62,030 nucleotides of DNA from Octopus bimaculoides (GCF_001194135.2 NC_069005.1:34348153-34410182), one strand, 5' to 3'; positions 1-11,718 are shown, numbered from the stretch's first letter. Numbers and translations: made by a program. Notes: a model not told the origin generated them from the sequence alone.

Positions 1-39
<39 letters not shown>

Positions 40-1005
40 ATAGACAGATAAATAGATAGATAAATAAATGGATAGATAGATATTCGTACGCTCACACACA
101 CACTTACACAAACACATACACAAACACACACACATGCACACTTTGTTGTTTGTGATATTTCATGCGATAATTCTGAAGCTGCGGTGGAGAAATGTTTGCG
201 AAATGGAAGACAAAGTCTGAGATACTGAAGACATGCCAGATGACGACTGGAGTGAGAGAACCGAGACATACTAAGGACGGAGAACCAATATGACTGAGCC
301 AAGTGTGTGGAGGAAAGTGGACAATATCTGGTTCTTGGAAGGGAGCAGATATGGCGGTTTAGGGTTAAGGAGCTGAAAGGAGGAATATGCTTAGGTTTAT
401 GTTTAAGTCATTTAGACGTATACATGTCTGTGAATGTAAAAGTTTCTGAAATAATGAAATAAAACCTCTTGAATTAAAAAAGAAGGTATTTTTTTTTAGT
501 TTGTAACAAATAATTTAAGTCATTAAAGTGAAGTTATCTTAGCGTATTACCTAAAAATTGATAATTTATAAAATAATTTATTTTTGGTGATAAAGTCATT
601 AAAATTTCTAAGTTATTAAGTAGCTATTTAAATTTCATTTTGTTTAATAAGATATCTGCAAAATTTGTACTTTAATTAAAATTTTAATTAAAATTAATTA
701 GGGGTAAATCTTAATTATTTCACAGTCTTATATCAGTTTTAGCCGGAGGAAACAACGGAGTTCTGAAACGATAAAGAAAAAGGATAAAAAAAAAGGTATT
801 CAGAGTTTATTATAAGTGAAATTAATAATGGTGGCCCAGGAGGAACAACTAATTTTGTGATGTGGTAGCTTTAGAAATATCTCTGGCAGTTAATATGCAA
901 GGAGTTTTCGTTGACTGACCTAAAGTAATAGGTATATACTATGAGAGCTCACTTTAGTTTACCACTAAAACTCCAGCTGAAGGGTTTGGTGTTGAGACTT
1001 GAGGT

Positions 1006-1170
1006 AGCGCAGGTGTGGCTGTGTGGAAAGAAGCTTGCTTCACAACCACATAGTTCCGGGTTCAGTCACACCGTGTAGCACCTTGGGCGAGTGTCTTCCA
1101 CTATAACCTCGAGCCTACCAAAGTCTTATGAGTGGATCTGGTAGATGGAAACTGAAAGAAGCCCATCGAG
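1006..1170 (+). mobile_element. tRNA-derived SINE family A, head
   Basis: gcgcaggtgtggctgtgtgg (A-box-like) … gggttcagtc (B-box-like) … gaaactgaaagaagccc. Recurs about 9 times in the window. Confidence 0.8.
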
Positions 1171-1285
1171 TGTGTATATATATATATATATATATACAGA
1201 TACGATGGTATTGTTTCGAACGCAGAGTTAGAACAACAAAAACACTGGGTAAATTATCCTTACAAAGAGGAAAAATTTAACAACC

Positions 1286-1354
1286 AGACATGGGATACAA
1301 ACCCACATCTGCTAAAGACTAAATTTAACTGTTTTACCACTAAGCCAAACCGCC
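1286..1354 (-). mobile_element. Degenerate tRNA-like (Pol III) SINE head
   Basis: Reverse strand reads ggcggtTTGGCTTAGTGGtaaaacag…gtgGGTTTGTATCCc, with A- and B-box spacing like a tRNA. No intact cloverleaf. Confidence 0.45.
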
Positions 1355-1582
1355 GGATAACAAATTCACCGCTGAATTTAGACGCTAAATACTTCAGCTT
1401 TATGATTGTTGGCAAATGTTTCTGCCTTGCAACGGTCCTTTAACCAGTGTTTCTGCTGTTCTGACGGCAATATCATCTTATTTGTATTCTAAAATACACA
1501 TTTTCCTCGCTTTTAATAAAACAACAAATATTCGTTTACATTTATATACATCTGTATATTTATATGTGTGTGGGGGAGGAGG

Positions 1583-1727
1583 TGTCTGTGTTTGTACTCC
1601 CATCACCGCTTGACGACCGGTGTTGATGTGTTTACGTCCCCGTAGCATGACGGTTCGGCAAAGGACACTGATGATATAAGTACTAGGCTTAAAAAGAGTC
1701 CTGGAGTCGATTCGATCCAATAAAACC
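1583..1727 (+). mobile_element. SINE family A, 3' body (segment C)
   Basis: caccgcttgacgaccggtgttgatgtgtttacgtccccg…aagtactaggct…cctggagtcgat. Homologous to 21040-21220 and 23195-23360. Confidence 0.78.
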
Positions 1728-1735
1728 CTTCAAGA

Positions 1736-1915
1736 GTCATTTGACTGCGGCCATGCTGGATCACCGCATTTAGTCGAACAAATCGACCCCAGGACTTATT
1801 CTTTGTCAGCCTAGTACTTATGTTATCGGTCTTTTTTGCCGAACCGTAAAGTTACGGGGACGTAAATACATCAGCATCGGTTGTCAAGCGATGGTGTGGG
1901 GACAAATACAGACAG
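1736..1915 (-). mobile_element. SINE family A, 3' body (segment C), inverted relative to 1583-1727
   Basis: Reverse complement reads caccatcgcttgacaaccgatgctgatgtatttacgtccccgtaac…aagtactaggct…cctggggtcgattt…ccagcatggccgcagtcaaatgac. Confidence 0.8.
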
Positions 1916-2536
1916 ACAAACATACATATACATTTATATATATGTATATGTATATATATANNNNNNNNNNNNNNNNNNNNNNNNNNNNNNNNNNNNNNNN
2001 NNNNNNNNNNNNNNNNNNNNNNNNNNNNNNNNNNNNNNNNNNNNNNNNNNNNNNNNNNNNNNNNNNNNNNNNNNNNNNNNNNNNNNNNNNNNNNNNNNNN
2101 NNNNNNNNNNNNNNNNNNNNNNNNNNNNNNNNNNNNNNNNNNNNNNNNNNNNNNNNNNNNNNNNNNNNNNNNNNNNNNNNNNNNNNNNNNNNNNNNNNNN
2201 NNNNNNNNNNNNNNNNNNNNNNNNNNNNNNNNNNNNNNNNNNNNNNNNNNNNNNNNNNNNNNNNNNNNNNNNNNNNNNNNNNNNNNNNNNNNNNNNNNNN
2301 NNNNNNNNNNNNNNNNNNNNNNNNNNNNNNNNNNNNNNNNNNNNNNNNNNNNNNNNNNNNNNNNNNNNNNNNNNNNNNNNNNNNNNNNNNNNNNNNNNNN
2401 NNNNNNNNNNNNNNNNNNNNNNNNNNNNNNNNNNNNNNNNNNNNNNNNNNNNNNNNNNNNNNNNNNNNNNNNNNNNNNNNNNNNNNNNNNNNNNNNNNNN
2501 NNNNNNNNNNNNNNNNNNNNNNNNNNNNNNNNNNNN

Positions 2537-2585
<49 letters not shown>

Positions 2586-3363
2586 ATGTATATATGCATG
2601 TGTAGATATGTGTGTATGTGTATGTAAGTGTGTATGTATGTGCGTAGGTATGTATATGTACGTATGTGTGTATGTATGTACGTATGTATGTACGTATGTA
2701 TGTGTGCATGCATATGTGTGAATATTGAGTCTGTAGGAAGTTATTGTAGATCGGATATATGAAACCGAGGTGGTGGGGAAGAGTTATTTTAAGGTTTTTA
2801 ATTTTCAAAAATAAAATATAAAAACTCGGAATATCATCAATAATTAAGATAATTTAAATGTAAAAACAAACAATTTTCTATTGAAGCAAAGATATTATTT
2901 ACTAAAATAAAGAACATGTAAATAAAGAATGAGTTATGAAATTAAAAGGAATCGCGAGAAGACGGCGTAGAATGGAATATAAATAAATATATAAATATTC
3001 ATTGGGTGACTTTAATATGGAATAAATATAAAATAAGATATCGAAGGAGGTTAGAAGGTTAGCTATGATGTGGAAAATAACTTCAATTACAAAAGCATTC
3101 AAAGATATTAATATAAACGATGCATATCTTAACATAATATTATCCTTGACAGGGTTGTGTTATGTCATCTAGAATTAATGTGTAGATGTCTATGAAGCAG
3201 ATGATGTCACTGAGAGCCATTTGGTGAATATTAGATATACAGGGAAAGAATCGAATTTGAAGTTTTGTGAAAAAAGAATCCATCGGAGAATAGAAGCCAG
3301 ATTATAGATTATTAGAATGTAATAGGAAACAGGAATCAAAAAGAGAGAGGAAGAAAACAGATA

Positions 3364-3423
<60 letters not shown>

Positions 3424-3795
3424 NNNNNNNNNNNNNNNNNNNNNNNNNNNNNNNNNNNNNNNNNNNNNNNNNNNNNNNNNNNNNNNNNNNNNNNNNNNNN
3501 NNNNNNNNNNNNNNNNNNNNNNNNNNNNNNNNNNNNNNNNNNNNNNNNNNNNNNNNNNNNNNNNNNNNNNNNNNNNNNNNNNNNNNNNNNNNNNNNNNNN
3601 NNNNNNNNNNNNNNNNNNNNNNNNNNNNNNNNNNNNNNNNNNNNNNNNNNNNNNNNNNNNNNNNNNNNNNNNNNNNNNNNNNNNNNNNNNNNNNNNNNNN
3701 NNNNNNNNNNNNNNNNNNNNNNNNNNNNNNNNNNNNNNNNNNNNNNNNNNNNNNNNNNNNNNNNNNNNNNNNNNNNNNNNNNNNNNNNNNNNNNN

Positions 3796-3841
<46 letters not shown>

Positions 3842-5429
3842 GCAGACATCCATACTTTTCGGTACACTGTAATCCGGCATCTACAATAAACTGCAACCTC
3901 TTAATCAATAAACTCGACTCTATTACATTAAATACCCTGGGAACATAAGTTGACGAGGATGAGATTTTAACCCCGACCATCAAATGCCGTAATTAAGTAT
4001 TATAAGGTTTAATTGTTCGTCAGTTTACCGATTCGATGTTCTACTGTCTATAGTACATAGTTTCATATTAACCTATTTAATGTTAAAGCATAGTACACAA
4101 GTTAACCGCAGATGGCCGTTATCCGTTCTGCTTACATGCTGTTGTGATGATATATCGATAATTTTATAACATTATATCGATAATTCTACAACACTGGTCT
4201 CAAAACCTTGTTACAGTGTCACACAAACAATTAATGTGCAAATCCAATAAGACAGGAAATTATGTGAAACCTTGTCGACATTTACAATACAGGAACATGG
4301 AACCATAGCATTGTATAAAACCAAATCTACGAAATAGTTTTAAAGAAAACATCCTAAAAATAATTCTATTACCGTTATTTGACATTTTTATAGTATCATG
4401 TTTTTGCCATCCAACACCACATGCAACATCAAACAGCCATAAAATAACGTGAAACTTGCTGCAAAATAAAGATAAATATGCCACAGCAGGGTCAAACACT
4501 GCACGCGTCAGAGTCAAATGTCCTCAGGATCACATGAAACACCGTACAAACAGATTTCCAACGCCCTCCTACGAAACAACTGACGCCATGTCCAACACAA
4601 TCACTTCAAAGACCTCACACATAACATCAAACAACGGAACACCATTAAAAAGCCATCAAAATATCATCAAACATGAACGTCGGAAATCCAGACAATCTAA
4701 ACAATCAAACATTAAACTGAAACAGCAAAGGATGAGTGTGAATAGGTGGCGTTGCAATCTCTAGCTCTGCTATATTAACACTCTATTCACTACAATTTAA
4801 TTCGCTACAATTTCTAAACTTGGAGTATTTTTCGAATTTCTTGGACTTCTGTCTCTAAAACTATTTTTGTTTGTTTTTTGTTGTGTTTGGTGGGGTGGTG
4901 TTCTCTTTTAGGTGGATTCTACCCAGAAATGGACGCCGTTATTATGTCAAGAGGCACTCGTGCGTAGTTAACCATGAAACCTTTATTTCATTCAGTATTT
5001 TCAACATTCCCATACGCCTGGTATTAGTCATGTAAGAAATCTTTGCGAATTCAGTTCTAGTTTAACCACATCTTTACATCCTTCGGGCCTCACCTGTTTA
5101 CGAATATTTATTAAATCGTTCGAGATGTAACATTCTGCTTTTACACGTAACAATAAAAAAACGGGAAAAAATAAGAACAAATGTGGAGAAATAACAACTT
5201 TCTAACTCAGTTCACCAGAAAGAAATTTCAAATTCACTGTCAGCGGATAACGTCATTGAATTAAATATTCAATATCGCAGAATTACATTTAATGTTGTAA
5301 GTTAGCAGATGTTTGAAACTTCGTTAAACTGATGTGTATTGCGGGCGAAGAATGACTGGCAAATGTAAAAACGGTACAAGTGCGACGTAGAAAATGTTAC
5401 GCCTTAAACTGAGCCAACGAGGAAATCTC

Positions 5430-5890
5430 CAGCATGATAGAAATAGCAACCAAATCTGTCTCAAAATGGACCTTCCTGTCTTAGGAGCATAACAAACGTC
5501 CAAGAAGGTAATGTAAAAAGTATTACACAATTCTTGAATAAAAGATGAGATGGTCATCAGTGGAATGGCTTTGATTTATAGGTCTGTAGAATCAAAGATT
5601 GACCTGGGTTTAAAGAACATCAGAAATGACAATGAAGGTTACATCATTTAATGTAGCCCTGGATACACTATGCCTTGAATACAGACAGGATGGTCGCATC
5701 TGGAATGTCTTTTGATCATATGCCAACTGAACTGTAGCCAACAAAAACAGCAAAGGCAGGTGGATGGACACATTAGCTGATGTATTCCTAGATACACTAT
5801 GTCTGAAAAAAGGAGTATGGCTACATTTGGAATTTTACCATATACAATGGAGTTTAATACTAACAGCAACAACAACAACAACAACAACGA
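5430..5890 (+). repeat. Three partial tandem copies of a dispersed repeat (family F) ending in (AAC)n
   Basis: Recurring words tagaaatagcaaccaaa, cctagatacactatg and ggatggtc..ctggaatg. Also seen at 51783-51955 (+) and as a fragment at 11455-11480 (-). Confidence 0.6.
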
Positions 5891-6025
5891 CAAAGACAAC
5901 AACTGCACTGAAATGAAAATCGTTTTCCAGTTTAGTGGCAACAAGATGGAGGCATGCTAAGAGAGTGTAAAACATGCTACATGCAGAGATCACGAGATTT
6001 GCTGTTGTAAAACGAAACAACCAGA

Positions 6026-6061
<36 letters not shown>

Positions 6062-6155
6062 CAACATGAGCAGTGTCACTAATAGAACAACAACAACAGC
6101 AACAACAATAACAACAACAGAGTGCAATGACTGAAGTTGAAATGTGCAAAACGAG

Positions 6156-6204
<49 letters not shown>

Positions 6205-6210
6205 AAATGT

Positions 6211-8634
6211 CTACCTCATACGAGATCCGAACGACATACTAGCACTGAGTGGCGGCAAGGCAAGGGGTGAGGTGGTCGGTGCCGAGGTACAGGAAAGCCA
6301 CTTCTTTAAAGAAGGTCTGTCGCTGGAGTTGAGATAGGCGGCGCCAGCGGTTGTATAGTATCGGTTGGAGCCTGTCGGTGTGAACGGAACATTTCTATTG
6401 GCTGGGTTGGCTCTTGAAGGAGATGGAAAGGGTGAGTCTGGACTGGAGGTGGCAGAGACGGCGTTCAATGGAGGTGTGATTGCTGAATAGTAAGATGGCG
6501 GTTTCGGAAGGGATGTCGTTGATAATGGCGGCGATGATAATATCGGTGTCGATGTCGATGAAAATGTCAACGGGCTTAGAATGGTTTTTGTTGTTGTGGT
6601 TGTTGTTGCTGTTTGTGTTGGTTGTGATTGAGGTTGTGGTGATTTTGCACTTGTGGTAGCTGAAATGACGGCAGTCGGTGTTGTTATGGCTGTTGTGGTT
6701 GCTGCTGATGATGATAATGTTGCCGTTCCTGTTATTGTTGCAGACGATGGTGATGATGATAATGATGATGACGACGTTAACGACATTCCCAGGCCACCCC
6801 GCCCTGTCCCACCTCCGCCAACTCCGAATCCTACTCTGTTGCCAGTGGTTATCGTCGGAGTTATAAAGTCATCGTAAGAGGAGGTCCGATACTCTTCTAA
6901 GGAACTCGATCGGAGGGTCTCCGGTGCTGCCCTGTTGCGGCCGATTAGCGAACTAAATTTCTTTCCAGAGAACGACGAAGACGTTGAGATCGGAGAGAAG
7001 GCAGAAGAGGCATTGTTGGATGATAGGAAAGACCCAGTGTAGGGAGACGATCTCATCACCAGGGTCGAGGGATCATTTAATTCTGTGTAGGGTTGCAATA
7101 TTCCAGAATGTTCACTTTCAGAAAAGGACGTCCCGGAAACAAAACAAGGCGAAGACGGTTCAAACCCAGCACTCGGATTTTGTACATAATCAGAAATGTT
7201 TGTCGGGGTATTGTATAAACTTCTGTGAGATTGGTAATGATGTTGCTGTTGCTGTTGTTGAGCCAATTCAAGGGGAAGGTTTCGAGATTCATCGATATCG
7301 ATCAGATGGTCGGATTCTTCAATAAGAATTGCTGTACTTGATTGGTGTTGTTGTTGCTGTTGCTGTTGCTGCTGTTGTTGTTGTTGAAATAATTCAGCGG
7401 AGGGCGACGGTGGAGTTGTCGGCGGTGAGGTTAAAGATATCTGGGGCAATGTTTTCGAAGACAACTTCGGTGTCGTGGCTGATCTGCCAAAGCCAGCCAC
7501 GCTGAGAAGGCGACTAAACCCACCGCCACCACCGCCACCCCCAGTCGACCGTCCACTGCAGTGATCGGCAATACCACTATCACTGCTACTACTACTACTT
7601 CTACTACTAATCTTTTGAACAGTAGTAGTAGCAGTAGTAGTTGTTGTTGTACTAGTAGCAGTTTTAGCAGTAGATGGAGTTGAACTGGTGCTGGAACTCG
7701 AGACCAGACGGTTGCGTTCCATTGTGGTGCTGTGACTCTGTTGGCCGTCGTTTCGTTCACCCTGTGACGGTTGCCTCGTCGTTTCTAAAAACGGTGAATC
7801 CGAATCACTTGTGTCCGGTTTCACTGCGGAATATTTAGTGGCCTGCGAAAATTTCCGTGGATGTATAATGCTGGATAAACGCGTGCTCAGCGAAATCTTG
7901 CGGTTGTCTCCCTCCGACGCCACACTACAGGGACCAGTTTTAAAACCTGAACCGCTCGGTTGTTTTTTGTTAAGGGAGGGGCCACTATTGTATTTCTCTC
8001 CGCTTCGGCCTTCATCTTTGGCCGACTGTAAATGCCTCACAGCTTGTTTTCTTTTGCTCGTTTCCGGAGACGATGAACAACTTGACGACAAATCAGACGT
8101 TTTCGTCCTTTCCACTGGCCTCAGTGTAACATTACAAGATCCGCTGCGGCTCACCTTATGCGAGAAAATTTTCGACCATGTTCCGTGAAGCATTTTCTGC
8201 AACCGAGCATCTACAGAGGGCGCTCCTGTTGCAGATGAATGTCCTCTGATTTCTCCGCCTCCACCGCTCCTCTTATTTCTATCTACCCCACTGCCACCCA
8301 CATCATCATCATCATCACCATTTCCACTATTTTCAGCAGCGGAAGTGGCAGTTTCCGGTGAAGAACATGTCGCTTTTCTTCTTCCGAACTGGAAGTTTCT
8401 CATCTTTCTCGATAAAGATCCCCTTTTAGACTTTGAATTGGTACGGTTTTTCAAAATGCTACGTTCCGAATTCGACATTTTAAAACTCCGACCTGTTTTA
8501 GCCGGTTCCACCTGCAGATTATTTGGTGAAGGGCTTTTAGCTTTTGTTCCGGGCATCGATTCCGGATCAGACATTTTTTTGTTATGAGCTTCGATCTCTT
8601 TCAGTCTTTTTTCTCCATATTCCCTGATAATCAA
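6211..8634 (-). CDS. Cngl: CNG channel terminal exon F: C-helix (LIIREYGEKRLKEI) plus ~800 aa low-complexity S/T/Q/G-rich tail
   Basis: 807-codon open frame starting right after ttttag| (8635-8636) in phase 0, matching the exon E donor. The first codon is TTG = Leu, not a start codon. Stop TAG at 6211-6213. Confidence 0.88.
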   Translation of the reverse strand: MIIREYGEKRLKEIEAHNKKMSDPESMPGTKAKSPSPNNLQVEPAKTGRSFKMSNSERSILKNRTNSKSKRGSLSRKMRNFQFGRRKATCSSPETATSAAENSGNGDDDDDVGGSGVDRNKRSGGGGEIRGHSSATGAPSVDARLQKMLHGTWSKIFSHKVSRSGSCNVTLRPVERTKTSDLSSSCSSSPETSKRKQAVRHLQSAKDEGRSGEKYNSGPSLNKKQPSGSGFKTGPCSVASEGDNRKISLSTRLSSIIHPRKFSQATKYSAVKPDTSDSDSPFLETTRQPSQGERNDGQQSHSTTMERNRLVSSSSTSSTPSTAKTATSTTTTTTATTTVQKISSRSSSSSSDSGIADHCSGRSTGGGGGGGGFSRLLSVAGFGRSATTPKLSSKTLPQISLTSPPTTPPSPSAELFQQQQQQQQQQQQQHQSSTAILIEESDHLIDIDESRNLPLELAQQQQQQHHYQSHRSLYNTPTNISDYVQNPSAGFEPSSPCFVSGTSFSESEHSGILQPYTELNDPSTLVMRSSPYTGSFLSSNNASSAFSPISTSSSFSGKKFSSLIGRNRAAPETLRSSSLEEYRTSSYDDFITPTITTGNRVGFGVGGGGTGRGGLGMSLTSSSSLSSSPSSATITGTATLSSSAATTTAITTPTAVISATTSAKSPQPQSQPTQTATTTTTTKTILSPLTFSSTSTPILSSPPLSTTSLPKPPSYYSAITPPLNAVSATSSPDSPFPSPSRANPANRNVPFTPTGSNRYYTTAGAAYLNSSDRPSLKKWLSCTSAPTTSPLALPPLSASMSFGSRMR

Positions 8635-8752
8635 CTAAAAGTTGGTTTGAATTTGTTGTTTTGGTTATAGATTATTATTGTTGTTGGTGTTGTTGTTAAC
8701 GAGATAAGTATTTTGGTGTATTTATAAGGATGGAGTATTTTAAATGATATTG

Positions 8753-8793
<41 letters not shown>

Positions 8794-9420
8794 AAAGTAA
8801 ATATATTTTATTCAAAATTAGGAAATAGAATATCGATTGTTTATTTGTATGATTATTATTATCAGTAGTAGTAGTAGGAGTAGAGAATGAGAATACAGCA
8901 GCCACCAGTGGAAAGTATGAAAATAAAAGAGAAGGAAAAAAGAGAATAAGAAAAGACATAAAGAAAGGAAAAAAAAACAGACAAAAATAACAACAAAAAA
9001 ACTTCCGTTGGTAAATTTTCTATTTTTTTCTTTTCTTTTTCATGAAATTAATATTTCATATCGAACTGACTATTTTCATGTGAATTTCTCTTTACTTCAC
9101 TCACCGTTGATGTATTTATATATATNNNNNNNNNNNNNNNNNNNNNNNNNNNNNNNNNNNNNNNNNNNNNNNNNNNNNNNNNNNNNNNNNNNNNNNNNNN
9201 NNNNNNNNNNNNNNNNNNNNNNNNNNNNNNNNNNNNNNNNNNNNNNNNNNNNNNNNNNNNNNNNNNNNNNNNNNNNNNNNNNNNNNNNNNNNNNNNNNNN
9301 NNNNNNNNNNNNNNNNNNNNNNNNNNNNNNNNNNNNNNNNNNNNNNNNNNNNNNNNNNNNNNNNNNNNNNNNNNNNNNNNNNNNNNNNNNNNNNNNNNNN
9401 NNNNNNNNNNNNNNNNNNNN

Positions 9421-9462
<42 letters not shown>

Positions 9463-10387
9463 TGTATGTATGTATATACACATATATACATAGAAGCTTA
9501 CACATATCTAGCATTATGAAAGATGTTTTATACACCGTGGACCAGATTTGGTTCCCGCTTTTAAAAACGACTAATGGTTGAAGAGCTGAAAAACGGAGAG
9601 GCAATAATTTAAAGCCGTCCTGAAATATATATATATATATATATATGAATATTTGTGTCTTACACATATTTTCATATATATATTCTTGGTTTTCACTGTA
9701 GAACTGAGGAAAATGGTTGATGTAAGAAAGTGTGACAAACTGAACATCGTCGAATGAAACAATTTTGTTTCTTATGAAAATGAAATAAGACCGAACTGTT
9801 GCAAGGCGGTAACTTACTGATCATACATATTTAAAATTCAATAATGGCAACTCATTTGGTGATGTAAAATTAAAGACAAGAGTAAATATTAATATTGTTC
9901 AAAATATACACCTGGAGGTGGAGTTCCATGCGTTAAAAGAAAGAGAACTCAATGCAAAACCAAAGATATAGTTAAATGTAAAATAAGGAAATATACATTT
10001 AGACAGAATCAATATGGATATTTTAAACAACTCATACACATATAATTGTATGTATGTGTATGACTGTGTATATAATACATATGTGTATGCGGAGTATATT
10101 ACATGAGAATAATTCATTACAGATGGCCATGTGTTTCGCTCTAGAAGTGATGTCGAGTAAATGGGGGAATTTGGTTCAGTAGATGGAATTTATAATTAAA
10201 AACTGAATGGTATATCTGAACCTGAATATTCTAGAAATAGATAGTACGGATAGAGTAGTTATATATTATATTGACTCAAGATGAAGGACAGTGTCAAGAG
10301 ATGGGGAAGATTGGCGAGAAAGAGAGGACTAGAACTGGAACCAGAGCATTGATGGATCTTTAATTATTCACAAATAGCAGCAGCAGC

Positions 10388-10448
<61 letters not shown>

Positions 10449-10806
10449 TATGGAGAGGTTTCAGGGAGAAGGTATAAGAAGGAAGGTGGTGGGGTTGTAG
10501 CTGTGTTTTAAAGGAGGAGAAAGCGTTCAAAAATAAGTTTCACCTGGAAGGAGACGAGGGGAGTGGGGTGGATTCTATTACAAATAACTAAATAAGAAAT
10601 CACGCACGAGACATCTCTAATTTCGATTATGAACATTAATTATGTAAATAAATATCAAGTTTGTAAAGACGTAATCGTATGAAGGATGCGTATAATAGGA
10701 TGGGAAGGGAGAGGGGGAGAGGGATGCTGTTTGGGTGAGTTGAAGAGATCAGCTGTGATGGTAATACTTTGATGTATATGGAAGGGAAGAAGGGATATAG
10801 AGGGAG

Positions 10807-10810
<4 letters not shown>

Positions 10811-10839
<29 letters not shown>

Positions 10840-10892
10840 AAGAAGAAGAAGAAGAAGAAGAAGAAGAAGAAGAAGAAGAAGAAGAAGAAGAA
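10811..10892 (+). repeat. (GAA)n microsatellite
   Basis: Uninterrupted GAA run. Others at 49289-49340 (runs into a gap) and 58843-58905. Confidence 0.95.
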
Positions 10893-11523
10893 GGGGAGGA
10901 AAAGGAAAAGAAGAAAATAAAAAGCAGAAGGGAAGGAGGAGAGGCATAGAAGGAGGAGGAGGCAATTAGAAAATCTAGTGAAGCAGTTTTGTATAATTAG
11001 GCGAAAGAAGTGGAAAGAACTAAATTAGAAAATCGACAAATAGGGAAAAGGGAAGGGAGAGGAGAAGAAGAAAGAGAAAAGCAGGAGTGGGAAGCGTGAG
11101 CCTGGGGTTGTAGAAAGTATTTGATTGAAGAGCGAGGTTTGTGAAAAGAAAATAAACAGAGAAATAAAAGACGTTTAGAGAAAATACTAGGTAGAAATAG
11201 AGAGTCAAATAATAGGGAGTCAAATGATAGGGAGTCAAACTATAGGGAGTAGGCAAGAAAACGGCTGGGTGTGACAAGAATGGTAAGGACATGAAACAGA
11301 GTGGAATTTTAGTTAAACTATGAAGTTTATCCTTTTATTCTTGTTTTAGTCATCTGACTGCGGCTATGCTGGAGATCGACTTATCTTTTAAGCCCGGTAC
11401 TTACTCTACCACATTAAATGTTCATATGAATATTTAATGTGGTTTTAGAGTCAAGTTTTGGCTGCTATATCTAGCATGGTGGTATCTTTTGGATACCCTT
11501 ATTTATAATTTTAATAATAATAA

Positions 11524-11567
<44 letters not shown>

Positions 11568-11595
11568 CGTGATACAACAATGCACCAATGCACCA

Positions 11596-11718
11596 GTTTC
11601 AGTCTACCATATCGATGGGGCCGAGGCTATAGTAGAAGACACTTGCTCAAGGTGCCACGCATTAGAATCGAACCCAGAATCATGTAGTTGGGAAGCAAGC
11701 TTCCTACCACACTGCCAG
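11596..11718 (-). mobile_element. SINE family A head
   Basis: gtttcagtctacc…gaggctatagtagaagacacttgc…aagcaagcttcctaccacac is the reverse complement of the family A head. Confidence 0.78.

Noticed and set aside
1286-1354. Possible true tRNA gene
   Set aside because: B-box is degenerate and there is no cloverleaf; kept only as a SINE-like head.
4456-4764. 102 aa + strand ORF
   Set aside because: No recognisable motif; reflects A/C skew in probable 3'UTR or flank.
6653-8587. Several + strand ORFs (62-125 aa) opposite exon F
   Set aside because: Shadow frames of the long minus-strand coding exon.
6211-8634. Treating the 807 aa ORF as a standalone intronless gene
   Set aside because: It starts with TTG directly after ttttag and continues the CNBD from exon E in phase.
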